From positions 517,802-581,801 of the forward strand of contig CBDBDS010000013.1 of the NCBI GenBank assembly GCA_965203985.1: a stretch of DNA of 64,000 nucleotides, read 5' to 3'. Both the position numbers and the translations under genes were made by a program. This DNA comes from Dehalococcoidia bacterium (lineage in GTDB: Bacteria; Chloroflexota; Dehalococcoidia; Lucifugimonadales; UBA3495). The notes under the pieces were generated by a model. It saw only the letters and a program-made list of their open reading frames with translations, was not told the DNA's origin and searched no databases. This document shows, piece by piece, positions 45,503 through 53,320 of the stretch (position 1 is the first letter of the stretch; each line of letters opens with the position of its first letter).

Positions 45503-47213
45503 CCCGAATCCACCGAAGGGATACTGCAGCAGTGGTCAGACGAGGGATTAGGGGTCAGGGAACGGGCCGGCGGTAGCCTGATGTCGGAGAGATGGACGAT
45601 GTGGAGTGTAGCAGCCACGCCGGAGGGATTTTGACGGCCTGTGGTAGAAGTCTGGGCGCGATTTTCGACACCAGATCACAGGCGGAGACCGCCAGGGGCC
45701 CAGCCTGAGCGCTGATGGGCCAGGCAGTTGGGTAATCTGTTGGACAGGTCAAACGCCGAGGGCGTGATCAAGAAGGGAGCGGCAGGGCGCGCAATCGGGC
45801 CAGGGCAGAGCTGAACTGGTTTTGCCAGGGCCAGCCCTGGGGCAGATGCAAGGTGAGGCGACGTGCCTTGCGGGTGATGCGTCCGGCCAGGGAGAAGAAG
45901 CGTCGCCGGAGGGTCTTGGTGGTGGCCACCGGCTCGCACAACCCGAGACGTGTCGTCCAGCGGGCGAGGTTATGGGCGATGACTTGCACCGCCAGCCAGG
46001 CGGCGTTGGCGGGAAAGCGACCCGATGGCAGATGGTTGAGGCCCACGCCGTACTTGAGGTCGCGGATGGCGTTTTCGATCTCGGCGTGGCGGCGATGGTC
46101 GGCTTCGAGATCCAGGGTGTCGCCCTCACGGTCGGTGATGAAGGCGTGATAGCTGTATTCGGTAAGCAGGGCCAACTGGGAGCCGGGGGTGGGCGTCACC
46201 CGGCGGACGATGAGCCGCACCGGCACGGCATAGGGCTCATGCTGGAAGGGAGTATATTCAGTTTCGGCCACGTCGGCGCCGCCCTCCATCCAATAGGGTA
46301 TGGGCGTCCAATCCTCTTCGGGTATGGCCTCGATGAGATTGCGCACGATTGGTTGCTGGCGGACGGTGATGGAGTAGCGGACCTTCATCTTGCGACAGGC
46401 GGCGACGATGTCGCGGTTATAGAAGCCGCTGTCGGCACGCATGGTCAATGGTCCGGTGGCCCCGGCGTAGCGCACTCGGCTGATGGTCTCACGCAGGAAG
46501 TGGGCGGCGCCCCGAGCGGTGTTGGCTCGGCCCTTGCGCAGGCGGGCCATCAGCACGTCGCCCGTCCCAGCAGCGACGGCGAAGAGCGGGTGATAGCCAC
46601 GCTGACCGGCGTAGTTGTGGCGCTGCGCGCCCTCCTTGCACAGGCCGTAGGTCTCGCAGACGGTGGAGTCCAGGTCGATGGTCAACGGCTCGTCGCCCGG
46701 ACCGGCGCCGGCGACCCAGGCTCGGGCCAGCGCCTCACGGCTCACTCGATCCAACTGGCGCGCATGGCCCCACTGGAAACTCCGCAGAAAGGTGCCCAGC
46801 GTGGACGGCGCCTTCACCGCGCAGCCCAGCACCTGTGCGGTCCCGCCAGCGCGCAGCGCGTCGGCGTCGTCAATGCAGTCCCCACCGGCCAGCGCCGACG
46901 CCACCAGCGTCAGCAGTTTGTCTCCCGCGTTGGCTCGACCCGGCGCATCCCCCAGATCAACATGGCGGTCCACCAGCTCTCCCAGTCCCAGATGATGGGC
47001 CAGGGTGACGGGCAGAATCAGCCCAGCATTGGCCACCAGGCGGGCATCATCAAACGCGATTTGGATGCGGTCGGGGCGCTCAGGTGGTAGCATCCGATGG
47101 GTGCTCCTTGTGAGGGGTTGGTTTTCTGTGACAAAAACCATTATCCCCGAAGCCGGGAGCACTTTCTCATCCCATCAGCACGCCGCCAAACTCATCATTT
47201 CGGTGGATTGGGG
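45503..47213 (-). mobile_element. IS1380-family insertion sequence (1711 bp) with 5-bp target-site duplication CTTAG
   Basis: Terminal inverted repeats cccgaatccaccgaa (45503-45517) and ttcggtggattgggg (47199-47213). CTTAG at 45498-45502 and 47214-47218. Confidence 0.8.
45768..47162 (-). CDS. IS1380 family transposase
   Basis: 464-aa ORF (GTG start; an alternative start is MLPPERPDRIQIAFDD...). ANAGLILPV, GDCIDDADAL and DDE-type layout typical of IS1380. Confidence 0.8.
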   Translation of the reverse strand: MLPASGIMVFVTENQPLTRSTHRMLPPERPDRIQIAFDDARLVANAGLILPVTLAHHLGLGELVDRHVDLGDAPGRANAGDKLLTLVASALAGGDCIDDADALRAGGTAQVLGCAVKAPSTLGTFLRSFQWGHARQLDRVSREALARAWVAGAGPGDEPLTIDLDSTVCETYGLCKEGAQRHNYAGQRGYHPLFAVAAGTGDVLMARLRKGRANTARGAAHFLRETISRVRYAGATGPLTMRADSGFYNRDIVAACRKMKVRYSITVRQQPIVRNLIEAIPEEDWTPIPYWMEGGADVAETEYTPFQHEPYAVPVRLIVRRVTPTPGSQLALLTEYSYHAFITDREGDTLDLEADHRRHAEIENAIRDLKYGVGLNHLPSGRFPANAAWLAVQVIAHNLARWTTRLGLCEPVATTKTLRRRFFSLAGRITRKARRLTLHLPQGWPWQNQFSSALARLRALPLPS

Positions 47214-47599
47214 CTTAGACGCGCGTCGCCAAGATTATGTGGACTTGTTGCTCAGCGTCAGCCTGAATGGAGCCTGGGAACAATGGATCCAGTTTTTTCT
47301 GACAGCGATTGCTGCTGTCGCGACGGATGCTTTTGGCCGCGTTGAAAAACTGTCGCGTGTTAGGTCCGAATATCAGAATAAGGTGCGTCACCAAAGGGCT
47401 GCTGGCTCTGCGTTCCAGTTAATCGACGCCCTTTTTGAGCTGCCATACGTGACTGTCGCCCGGGCTGGCAACGTTCTGGGACTGTCCCATACGGCAGCAC
47501 AAGGACACTTGGCTAGGTTTGAAAACGCCGGGATATTGACTCCAGTTATCGGAAGCCGCCGCCCGCAACTTTACGTAGCTCAGGGGATTCTCGATGTGA

Positions 47600-48394
47600 T
47601 CACCGAAGACCCGGACTTTCGCGACTTCTGATCCCCTCCACCGCCGCCCGTATCTCGTCGGCGTGCACGGCGTAGAAGGTGCCCACCACCGGCACGCCGC
47701 CCGGCGTTCGGCGAGCGGCGGCGCGGACCATGCCCACCACCTCGCCGGCCGTGTTCAGTACGGGGCCGCCGCTGTCGCCTGGGTCGATGGGAGCGTCCAT
47801 CTCGAGGTTGCGGCCGTAGCTCTGCGCCCCGAAGTTGGTGATCTGGGACAGGATGCCGGCGTTGGCTTTGGGCGAGCCCACCTGGCCGTCGCTCTTGACG
47901 CCGCTGCCCGAGTAGCCCAACGCCAGCAACTCTTTGGCGATGTCGTTGATATCCGCATCGCCCAGCGTCAGCGGGGCAGTGCCCGCCCCCATCTGTGTTC
48001 CTGTGACGTCGTACCGGAGCAGCGCAACGTCCCGGCGCTCGTCCATGCCGGCCACCGTGGCGGAGAATGCCGGCGCGGCTGCCTGCCGCACGGTGACCTC
48101 CGCGCTGTCCGAGACTACGTGGGCGGCGGTGACGATTACCCCGGATTCCAGCAGCCATCCCGTCCCGTGCTGCCCATCCTCGGGCTCGATATAAAACACC
48201 GACGGCCAGGCCCGCTGGTAGGCCGCGCTGATGTCCGACGCGGCGTGGTCCGCGATGGCAGTCTCTACCGTGCGCTCGATCCGCGCGTCCAACTCGGCGT
48301 CACTCGGACCGCAGGCCGTTACCAGTAGCACAAACAACGCGGCAACCCAGACTGCCGTCAGACCGGCAGCGGGATTGCCGCGCTGCTCTCGCAA
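47600..48394 (-). CDS. Trypsin-like serine protease (S1 family), probable lipoprotein
   Basis: Catalytic triad contexts TAAHVV, DVALLRY, GDSGGP. Signal peptide with LVTAC lipobox. The TTG start lies inside an R1 half-repeat, so the start is uncertain. Confidence 0.75.
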   Translation of the reverse strand: MREQRGNPAAGLTAVWVAALFVLLVTACGPSDAELDARIERTVETAIADHAASDISAAYQRAWPSVFYIEPEDGQHGTGWLLESGVIVTAAHVVSDSAEVTVRQAAAPAFSATVAGMDERRDVALLRYDVTGTQMGAGTAPLTLGDADINDIAKELLALGYSGSGVKSDGQVGSPKANAGILSQITNFGAQSYGRNLEMDAPIDPGDSGGPVLNTAGEVVGMVRAAARRTPGGVPVVGTFYAVHADEIRAAVEGIRSRESPGLR

Positions 48395-48398
48395 TGAC
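48371..48398. repeat. R1 half-copy (left arm, inverted orientation)
   Basis: gggattgccgcgctgctctcgcaatgac is the reverse complement of the gtcattgcgag...gcggcaatccc arm. Confidence 0.6.
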
Positions 48399-48411
48399 GA
48401 GGCTGGAAAGG

Positions 48412-49908
48412 TCAGATGAACCGCGCCTGCGCCCGGGCCTCGTCGGCGTAGTCGATGTACACGGTGATGACCTCGCTGAAGAAGTCCACCGCCTCCACGC
48501 CCTGCTCCCGCTGGCCCACGCCTGACGCCTTCAGGCCGCCGAAGGGAAGGTGGACCTCGCCGCCCAGCGTCGGCGCGTTCACGTGGACCATGCCCGCGTC
48601 CACCGTGTTGATGTACTTGAACGCCCGGGGGATGTCCCGGGTGTAGACCGAGGACGACAGGCCGAACTTGACGCTGTTGGAGATCTCAACGGCGTGTTCC
48701 AGGTCGCGGGCGCGGAACACCGTCAGCACCGGCCCGAAGATCTCCTCCCTGGCGATGCGCATGTCCGGCGTCACGTCGGTGAAGATGGTCGGCTCCACGT
48801 ACCAGCCCTCGTCGTAGATGCCGCCGGCAAGCGTGCGCCCGCCGAAGGCCACCGTCGCCCCTTCGTCCCGGCCCACGGAGATGTAGTCAGACACCGTACG
48901 CTGCTGCGACTCGCTGGACAGCGGGCTCACGTCGATGCCGTCCTCCAAGCCGTCGCCGATGGTCAGCCTGGACGTGCGCTGGATCAGTTCCTCCATGAAC
49001 TGGTCGTACACCCCGTCCTCGACGATCACCCGACTGGTGGCCGTGCAGCGCTGGCCCGTGGAGCCGAAGGCGCCCTGCACTATGCCGCCCAGCGCCTTGT
49101 CCAGGTCGGCGTCAGCCAGCAGGATGACGGCGTTCTTGCCGCCCATCTCCGCCTGGATCTTCTTGAGCAGGGAAGCGCCGCGGGTGTACAGGTCGGTGCC
49201 GATCTCGGTGCTGCCGGTGAAGGAGATGCCGGACACGTCGGGCGACTCCACCAGCGCGTTGCCCACGCTGCCGCCGGGTCCAGTGATGAGGTTCAGCACG
49301 CCGGGCGGTACTCCGGCCTCTTCGAACACCTCGGTGAGTTTCACCGCGCACAGCGGGGTGCTGGACGCCGGCTTGAAGATGATCGCGTTGCCGCAGATCA
49401 GCGCCGGCGCCATCTTCCAGGCGGGGATGGCGATGGGGAAGTTCCACGGTGTGATGATGCCAACCACGCCCAGCGGCCGGCGCACCGTGTAGGCCACCGT
49501 GTTGGGCAGTTCCGACGGGGTGGTGTAGCCGAACATCCGGCGGCCTTCGCCGGCCGCGTACTCCATGATGTTCATGGCTCGCTTGACCTCGCCCCGCGCG
49601 TCGGGCAACGGCTTCCCTTCCTCCTCGGTGATGGTTCTGGCGATCTCCTCGGACCGGCGTTCCATGATCTCCAGTGCGCGGAAGAGTACCTGGGCGCGCA
49701 CCGGCGCCGGCGTGTCCGCCCAGCCTTCGGCGGCTTCTGATGCCGCCGCCACGGCGCGCAGGGTGTCTTCCGGGTTGGACAGCTGGAAGTGCCCCAGCAG
49801 CACGTCCTTGTGGGCGGGGTTGTATACGGAGTAGGTACGGCCGGAGTCGGAGGGTGTCCACTGGCCATTGATAAAGTTGTTGTGCGTGCGAACTTCGGTG
49901 GTGGGCAT
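48412..49908 (-). CDS. Aldehyde dehydrogenase family protein
   Basis: FTGSTEIG, EMGGKNA, catalytic Cys context GQRCTATSR. Confidence 0.9.
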   Translation of the reverse strand: MPTTEVRTHNNFINGQWTPSDSGRTYSVYNPAHKDVLLGHFQLSNPEDTLRAVAAASEAAEGWADTPAPVRAQVLFRALEIMERRSEEIARTITEEEGKPLPDARGEVKRAMNIMEYAAGEGRRMFGYTTPSELPNTVAYTVRRPLGVVGIITPWNFPIAIPAWKMAPALICGNAIIFKPASSTPLCAVKLTEVFEEAGVPPGVLNLITGPGGSVGNALVESPDVSGISFTGSTEIGTDLYTRGASLLKKIQAEMGGKNAVILLADADLDKALGGIVQGAFGSTGQRCTATSRVIVEDGVYDQFMEELIQRTSRLTIGDGLEDGIDVSPLSSESQQRTVSDYISVGRDEGATVAFGGRTLAGGIYDEGWYVEPTIFTDVTPDMRIAREEIFGPVLTVFRARDLEHAVEISNSVKFGLSSSVYTRDIPRAFKYINTVDAGMVHVNAPTLGGEVHLPFGGLKASGVGQREQGVEAVDFFSEVITVYIDYADEARAQARFI

Positions 49909-50083
49909 CTTGGCAGGCGCTCCTGTGTCCGTCCGCCTCCGGCGGCTGGCGAGTGCGAATCAGAATACTACCGGGTTCAACCCACGGCAAGCGGCGTGGC
50001 GGCGGGTAATGTGCGCGGGTTAGAATGGCAATGGCCGCGAATATCTGCACACCGGCGGCCAGTTTTCGCCAAGGAGACGACCC

Positions 50084-50371
50084 ATGGCTGCCTACATCAT
50101 CGCGACGATTGAAGTGACCGACCCCGAGAAGTTTGAAGTCTATCGCGGGCAGGTTCCCGCCACCATCGAGAAGCACGGCGGACGTTACCTGGCGCGCGGC
50201 GGGGACGTGACCGTGGTGGAGGGCGACCAACCGACCCGCCGCACCGTCATCCTGGAGTTCGACAGCCTCGAGAAGGCCAACGGCTGGTACTACTCCGACG
50301 ACTACGCCGGCCCCAAGGAACTGCGCATCGCATCCACCATCTCCAACGTCATGATCGTGGAAGGGGTCTGA
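50084..50371 (+). CDS. DUF1330 domain-containing protein
   Basis: MAAYIIATIEVTDPEKFEVYRGQVPATIEKHGGRYLARGG... Confidence 0.75.
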   Translation: MAAYIIATIEVTDPEKFEVYRGQVPATIEKHGGRYLARGGDVTVVEGDQPTRRTVILEFDSLEKANGWYYSDDYAGPKELRIASTISNVMIVEGV

Positions 50372-50401
50372 CCACTCCACTGGTTGGGGGGAGACATCAG
50401 C

Positions 50402-51232
50402 ATGACCACCGCAACCGAGGCAAAAACCCGCCCGCGCATCAGGGTCCAGGAACTGGTCAACCGGTTCGTCCGGGAAGGTCTGGATCGCCCGCTGTCCGAG
50501 GACGACCCGGACATCTACTACCCTGAATCGGACGGGAACCCAATGGCAGAAACCGACGCCCAGTTTTACCCGCTGACCGAAACCGTGCTCGCCCTGCGCC
50601 AGCGCTACGCTGACCGTGATGACGTCTACGTCTCCGGCGACCTGCTGATCTACTACCGCATGAACGACAACACGGTGCGCCTGGCTCCGGACGTGTTCGT
50701 GGTGTTCGGAGTGGAGGATCACCTCCGCAGTTCGTACATCATCTGGCGCGAGGAGGGCAAGACGCCCGATTTCGTTCTCGAAATCGCCTCACCCAGCACC
50801 TTCGTGCGCGACATGACGGAGAAGCGTGCCCTGTACGCAGCGCTGGGTGTGACCGAGTACTGGCGCTTCGACCCCACCGGCCAGCTTTTCTCCCCGGCCC
50901 TGGTCGGCGAGCAGCTGGCCCCGGACGGTGAATACGAACCCATCGAAATCGGGCTGGGCGACGACGGGATGTTCCGCGGGTACAGCGAGGTGCTGGGGTT
51001 GGAAGTTTGCCAACGTCCTGACGGTGAACTCCGTCTCTACGACCCGGAGGCGCAAACCTGGCTCAGCTACCTGGCCGAGGAAGTGGCCGCCCGCCAGGCC
51101 GCCGAAGCCGAGCGAGATGCTGCCGAGACCGCCCGGCAGGAAGCCGAAGACGCCCGGCAGGAAGCTGAAGCCCGCACCCGCGCTCTGGAGGAACGACTCC
51201 GGCAGCGCGGCCTGTCGCCCGATCAAGTCTAG
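50402..51232 (+). CDS. Uma2 family endonuclease with C-terminal coiled-coil extension
   Basis: PDFVLEIASPST, YAALGVTEYWRFD, and a Glu/Ala/Arg-rich tail similar to 17788..18546. Confidence 0.8.
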   Translation: MTTATEAKTRPRIRVQELVNRFVREGLDRPLSEDDPDIYYPESDGNPMAETDAQFYPLTETVLALRQRYADRDDVYVSGDLLIYYRMNDNTVRLAPDVFVVFGVEDHLRSSYIIWREEGKTPDFVLEIASPSTFVRDMTEKRALYAALGVTEYWRFDPTGQLFSPALVGEQLAPDGEYEPIEIGLGDDGMFRGYSEVLGLEVCQRPDGELRLYDPEAQTWLSYLAEEVAARQAAEAERDAAETARQEAEDARQEAEARTRALEERLRQRGLSPDQV

Positions 51233-51247
51233 CGCGGAGGTTCAGTG

Positions 51248-51526
51248 ATGCGCGAAGTTGAGGATTACGACGCCAAATTCATCCTTTTTGAGCTGTTGGA
51301 GGCGGCAAGACAGGGTGAAACGGTGGTGATAACCCACCACGGCCAGCCAGTTGCGCATCTCTGCCCGGCTCCCCTTCCTGATCCGACTTTGGAAGCACCG
51401 TGCAACCTTTTGGACGAGAACGAAAAGGCAAGTGACGAAAGCCATGACAGGTCGCCGGAGCCGTGGGAGACAGTCTCCGACAGCCTGCGGGACATCATGG
51501 ATTGGCGACGATACGGGCGCCGCTGA
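51248..51526 (+). CDS. Phd/YefM-type antitoxin
   Basis: AKFILFELLEAARQGETVVITHHGQPVAHLCP. The stop overlaps the VapC start (TGATG). Confidence 0.65.
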   Translation: MREVEDYDAKFILFELLEAARQGETVVITHHGQPVAHLCPAPLPDPTLEAPCNLLDENEKASDESHDRSPEPWETVSDSLRDIMDWRRYGRR

Positions 51527-51930
51527 TGCCTGCCATCGCTCTGGACACCTCCGTGGCGGCGGCGTGGGTTCTTGATGATGTAAACGAACCTTACGCTGAC
51601 GCCGCCTTCGTATCACCCCTGATTTCCGGCTGGTTGGTTCCCCGCTTCTGGCACATGGAGATGCGGAATGTCTTGCTCACCGCCGAGAGGCGAAACCGGA
51701 TGTCTTCGTCTCGAGCCGCTCAGCACTTGAAGACGTTGACCGCGCTGCCAATCGACACCGACGACCAGACCGATCTGAATGCGGCCTACGAGTTAGCCAA
51801 AGCGCACGTCCTGTCGATCTACGACGCGGTGTATTTGGAACTTGCCCTGCGGCGTGACGTAATGATGGCCACGCTGGACAACAGACTGCGCCGGGCTGCG
51901 CAGTCCGAAGGTCGGCTTTGGCAGCCATAA
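51526..51930 (+). CDS. PIN-domain toxin (VapC-like)
   Basis: IALDTSVAAAW, HMEMRNVL, SIYDAVYLELA, LATLDNRL. Confidence 0.8.
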   Translation: MPAIALDTSVAAAWVLDDVNEPYADAAFVSPLISGWLVPRFWHMEMRNVLLTAERRNRMSSSRAAQHLKTLTALPIDTDDQTDLNAAYELAKAHVLSIYDAVYLELALRRDVMMATLDNRLRRAAQSEGRLWQP

Positions 51931-51935
51931 AATTA

Positions 51936-51956
51936 GGGCGGGTTCCAAACCCGCCC
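51936..51956. terminator. Hairpin between convergent genes (possibly bidirectional)
   Basis: gggcggg-ttccaaa-cccgccc, flanked by taaaatta (T-rich on the minus strand). Confidence 0.45.
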
Positions 51957-51983
51957 CCGAAATCATCTATTGCCGGGCCCGAG

Positions 51984-52433
51984 CTATCCCTCGAAGTCCA
52001 CACCCACGCCCACAATCTCCACCTGCATCGAGCGGATGTCCGGCGCGCCCGGGTCGAAGGTGACGCCTACCACCACGTTGATGCCCCGGTCCACCTCCGG
52101 CGCGCCGGGGATCTCGAAGCTGGCATCCAGGTTATCGCCCTTGATGGCCATGCCCAGGTGCTCGGCGATGATCTTCTCTCCGTCGTACACCAGCACCTCG
52201 GCCACGTTGGCGTGGGAGCGCGCGCGGAAGGAGACCGACACTGACTCGGCCTTGGTCCGGTTTCCGTTCTGCACGGTGGGAGTGGGTATGGCGAAGTGCA
52301 TCCAGGCGTTCTGGCCTTCGCTGCCCTCGATGCGGGCGAAAGGCCCGCAGTGGCGTACCGAGGTGACCCGGTTCAGGTACTCTCCGGTCATCGCGGAGCC
52401 GTGTACCCAGGATGTGAATTTCTGTCCTGCCAT
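51984..52433 (-). CDS. Hypothetical protein
   Basis: 149-aa ORF with normal composition and no motif I can name confidently. Confidence 0.5.
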   Translation of the reverse strand: MAGQKFTSWVHGSAMTGEYLNRVTSVRHCGPFARIEGSEGQNAWMHFAIPTPTVQNGNRTKAESVSVSFRARSHANVAEVLVYDGEKIIAEHLGMAIKGDNLDASFEIPGAPEVDRGINVVVGVTFDPGAPDIRSMQVEIVGVGVDFEG

Positions 52434-52614
52434 CGTCGTAACCTCCTGCCGGGCGGCGCGGTTGGATAGCGCGATCGTCGTTGCTGGTTGGAATCGTTGT
52501 TGCTGATCAGAGGGGATTGAATCGCGCTACAGAATACCCGTCGGGTAGTGCATACGCAAGGAGTACCGCCGCCAACGCCTGCCGGCAATTGGCTCTACAT
52601 CGATGGACACGATT

Positions 52615-52738
52615 TACAGGATGTTGACGATTCCGAAGAACCATTCAACTCAATCCACTGCGAAGAACCATTCAATCCACGCCGTCGTTTGGAACGGTTG
52701 GACCTTCGCGACAATCAGTTGATCCTGTCCATCCTGTA
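52615..52738. repeat. Degenerate palindromic element, possibly related to R2
   Basis: tacaggatg...ggaacggttgg...catcctgta, with an internal direct repeat cgaagaaccattcaa (52634 and 52661). It shares the CAGGAT words and AACCGTTCC centre (reverse orientation) with R2. Confidence 0.35.
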
Positions 52739-52760
52739 TATCGATGTAAAGTTGCTCCGG

Positions 52761-53297
52761 CTACAGCAGCGTGCCCCGGTTGCGCTCCATCTCCAGCAGG
52801 CGCGCCTTCACGCCGACGCCCCCGGCTCCATACCCGTGCAGACCCCCGTTGCTGCCCACCACCCGGTGGCACGGGATAATCAGCGGGAAGGGATTTCTGG
52901 CCATCGCCTGACCGGCGGCGCGGGACGCCCTGGGGTTCCCGGCAGCCTCGGCCAGCCACTGGTAGGAGCGGGTCTCGCCCGGCGGTATGCCGCGGCAGGC
53001 GGCCCACGCCGCGCCGAAGAACGGAGAGGCGTGAGAGAGGTCCAGCGGTATGGCGTCCAGTGCTCCGGTATCTCCGGCGAAATACTTGTCAAACGCTGCC
53101 AGTGCATCCGCGAACACGGCGGCGTTATCTGCGGCGGCGTTGATTGCATCGCCCAGTCCGGCCAGCGCGTCCTGCGGCTCCGGTTGCAGGCTGACTCGAA
53201 GCAATCCATCCGGTGAGCCCAGCAGGGCCAGCCACCCGAAGGGCGTCTCATGCAGGCAGTAATATACGATGTCCGCTGGTAGCGTAGTTGTGTTCAT
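52761..53297 (-). CDS. ogt: Methylated-DNA--protein-cysteine methyltransferase
   Basis: Internal ATG (MNTTTLPADI...). Active site IIPCHRVV. Confidence 0.85.
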   Translation of the reverse strand: MNTTTLPADIVYYCLHETPFGWLALLGSPDGLLRVSLQPEPQDALAGLGDAINAAADNAAVFADALAAFDKYFAGDTGALDAIPLDLSHASPFFGAAWAACRGIPPGETRSYQWLAEAAGNPRASRAAGQAMARNPFPLIIPCHRVVGSNGGLHGYGAGGVGVKARLLEMERNRGTLL

Positions 53298-53320
53298 CAG
53301 ATCGGCCTTCCGAGCGGTTT

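Larger units (their letters stand above)
44734..47631 (+). pseudogene. Fic family protein gene disrupted by an IS1380-family insertion
   Basis: The left part has the Fic motif HPFEDGNGRTGR and ends ...LYLSDYL. The right part (from 47219) continues ...DARRQDYVDLLLSVS...wHTH-like tail. Removing the IS and one TSD copy restores one frame. Confidence 0.85.

Noticed and set aside
49112-50722. 536-aa minus-strand ORF spanning part of the aldehyde dehydrogenase gene, the intergenic region and DUF1330
   Set aside because: It crosses a divergent promoter region and overlaps two well-supported genes in other frames. It is Arg/Gly/His/Pro-rich.
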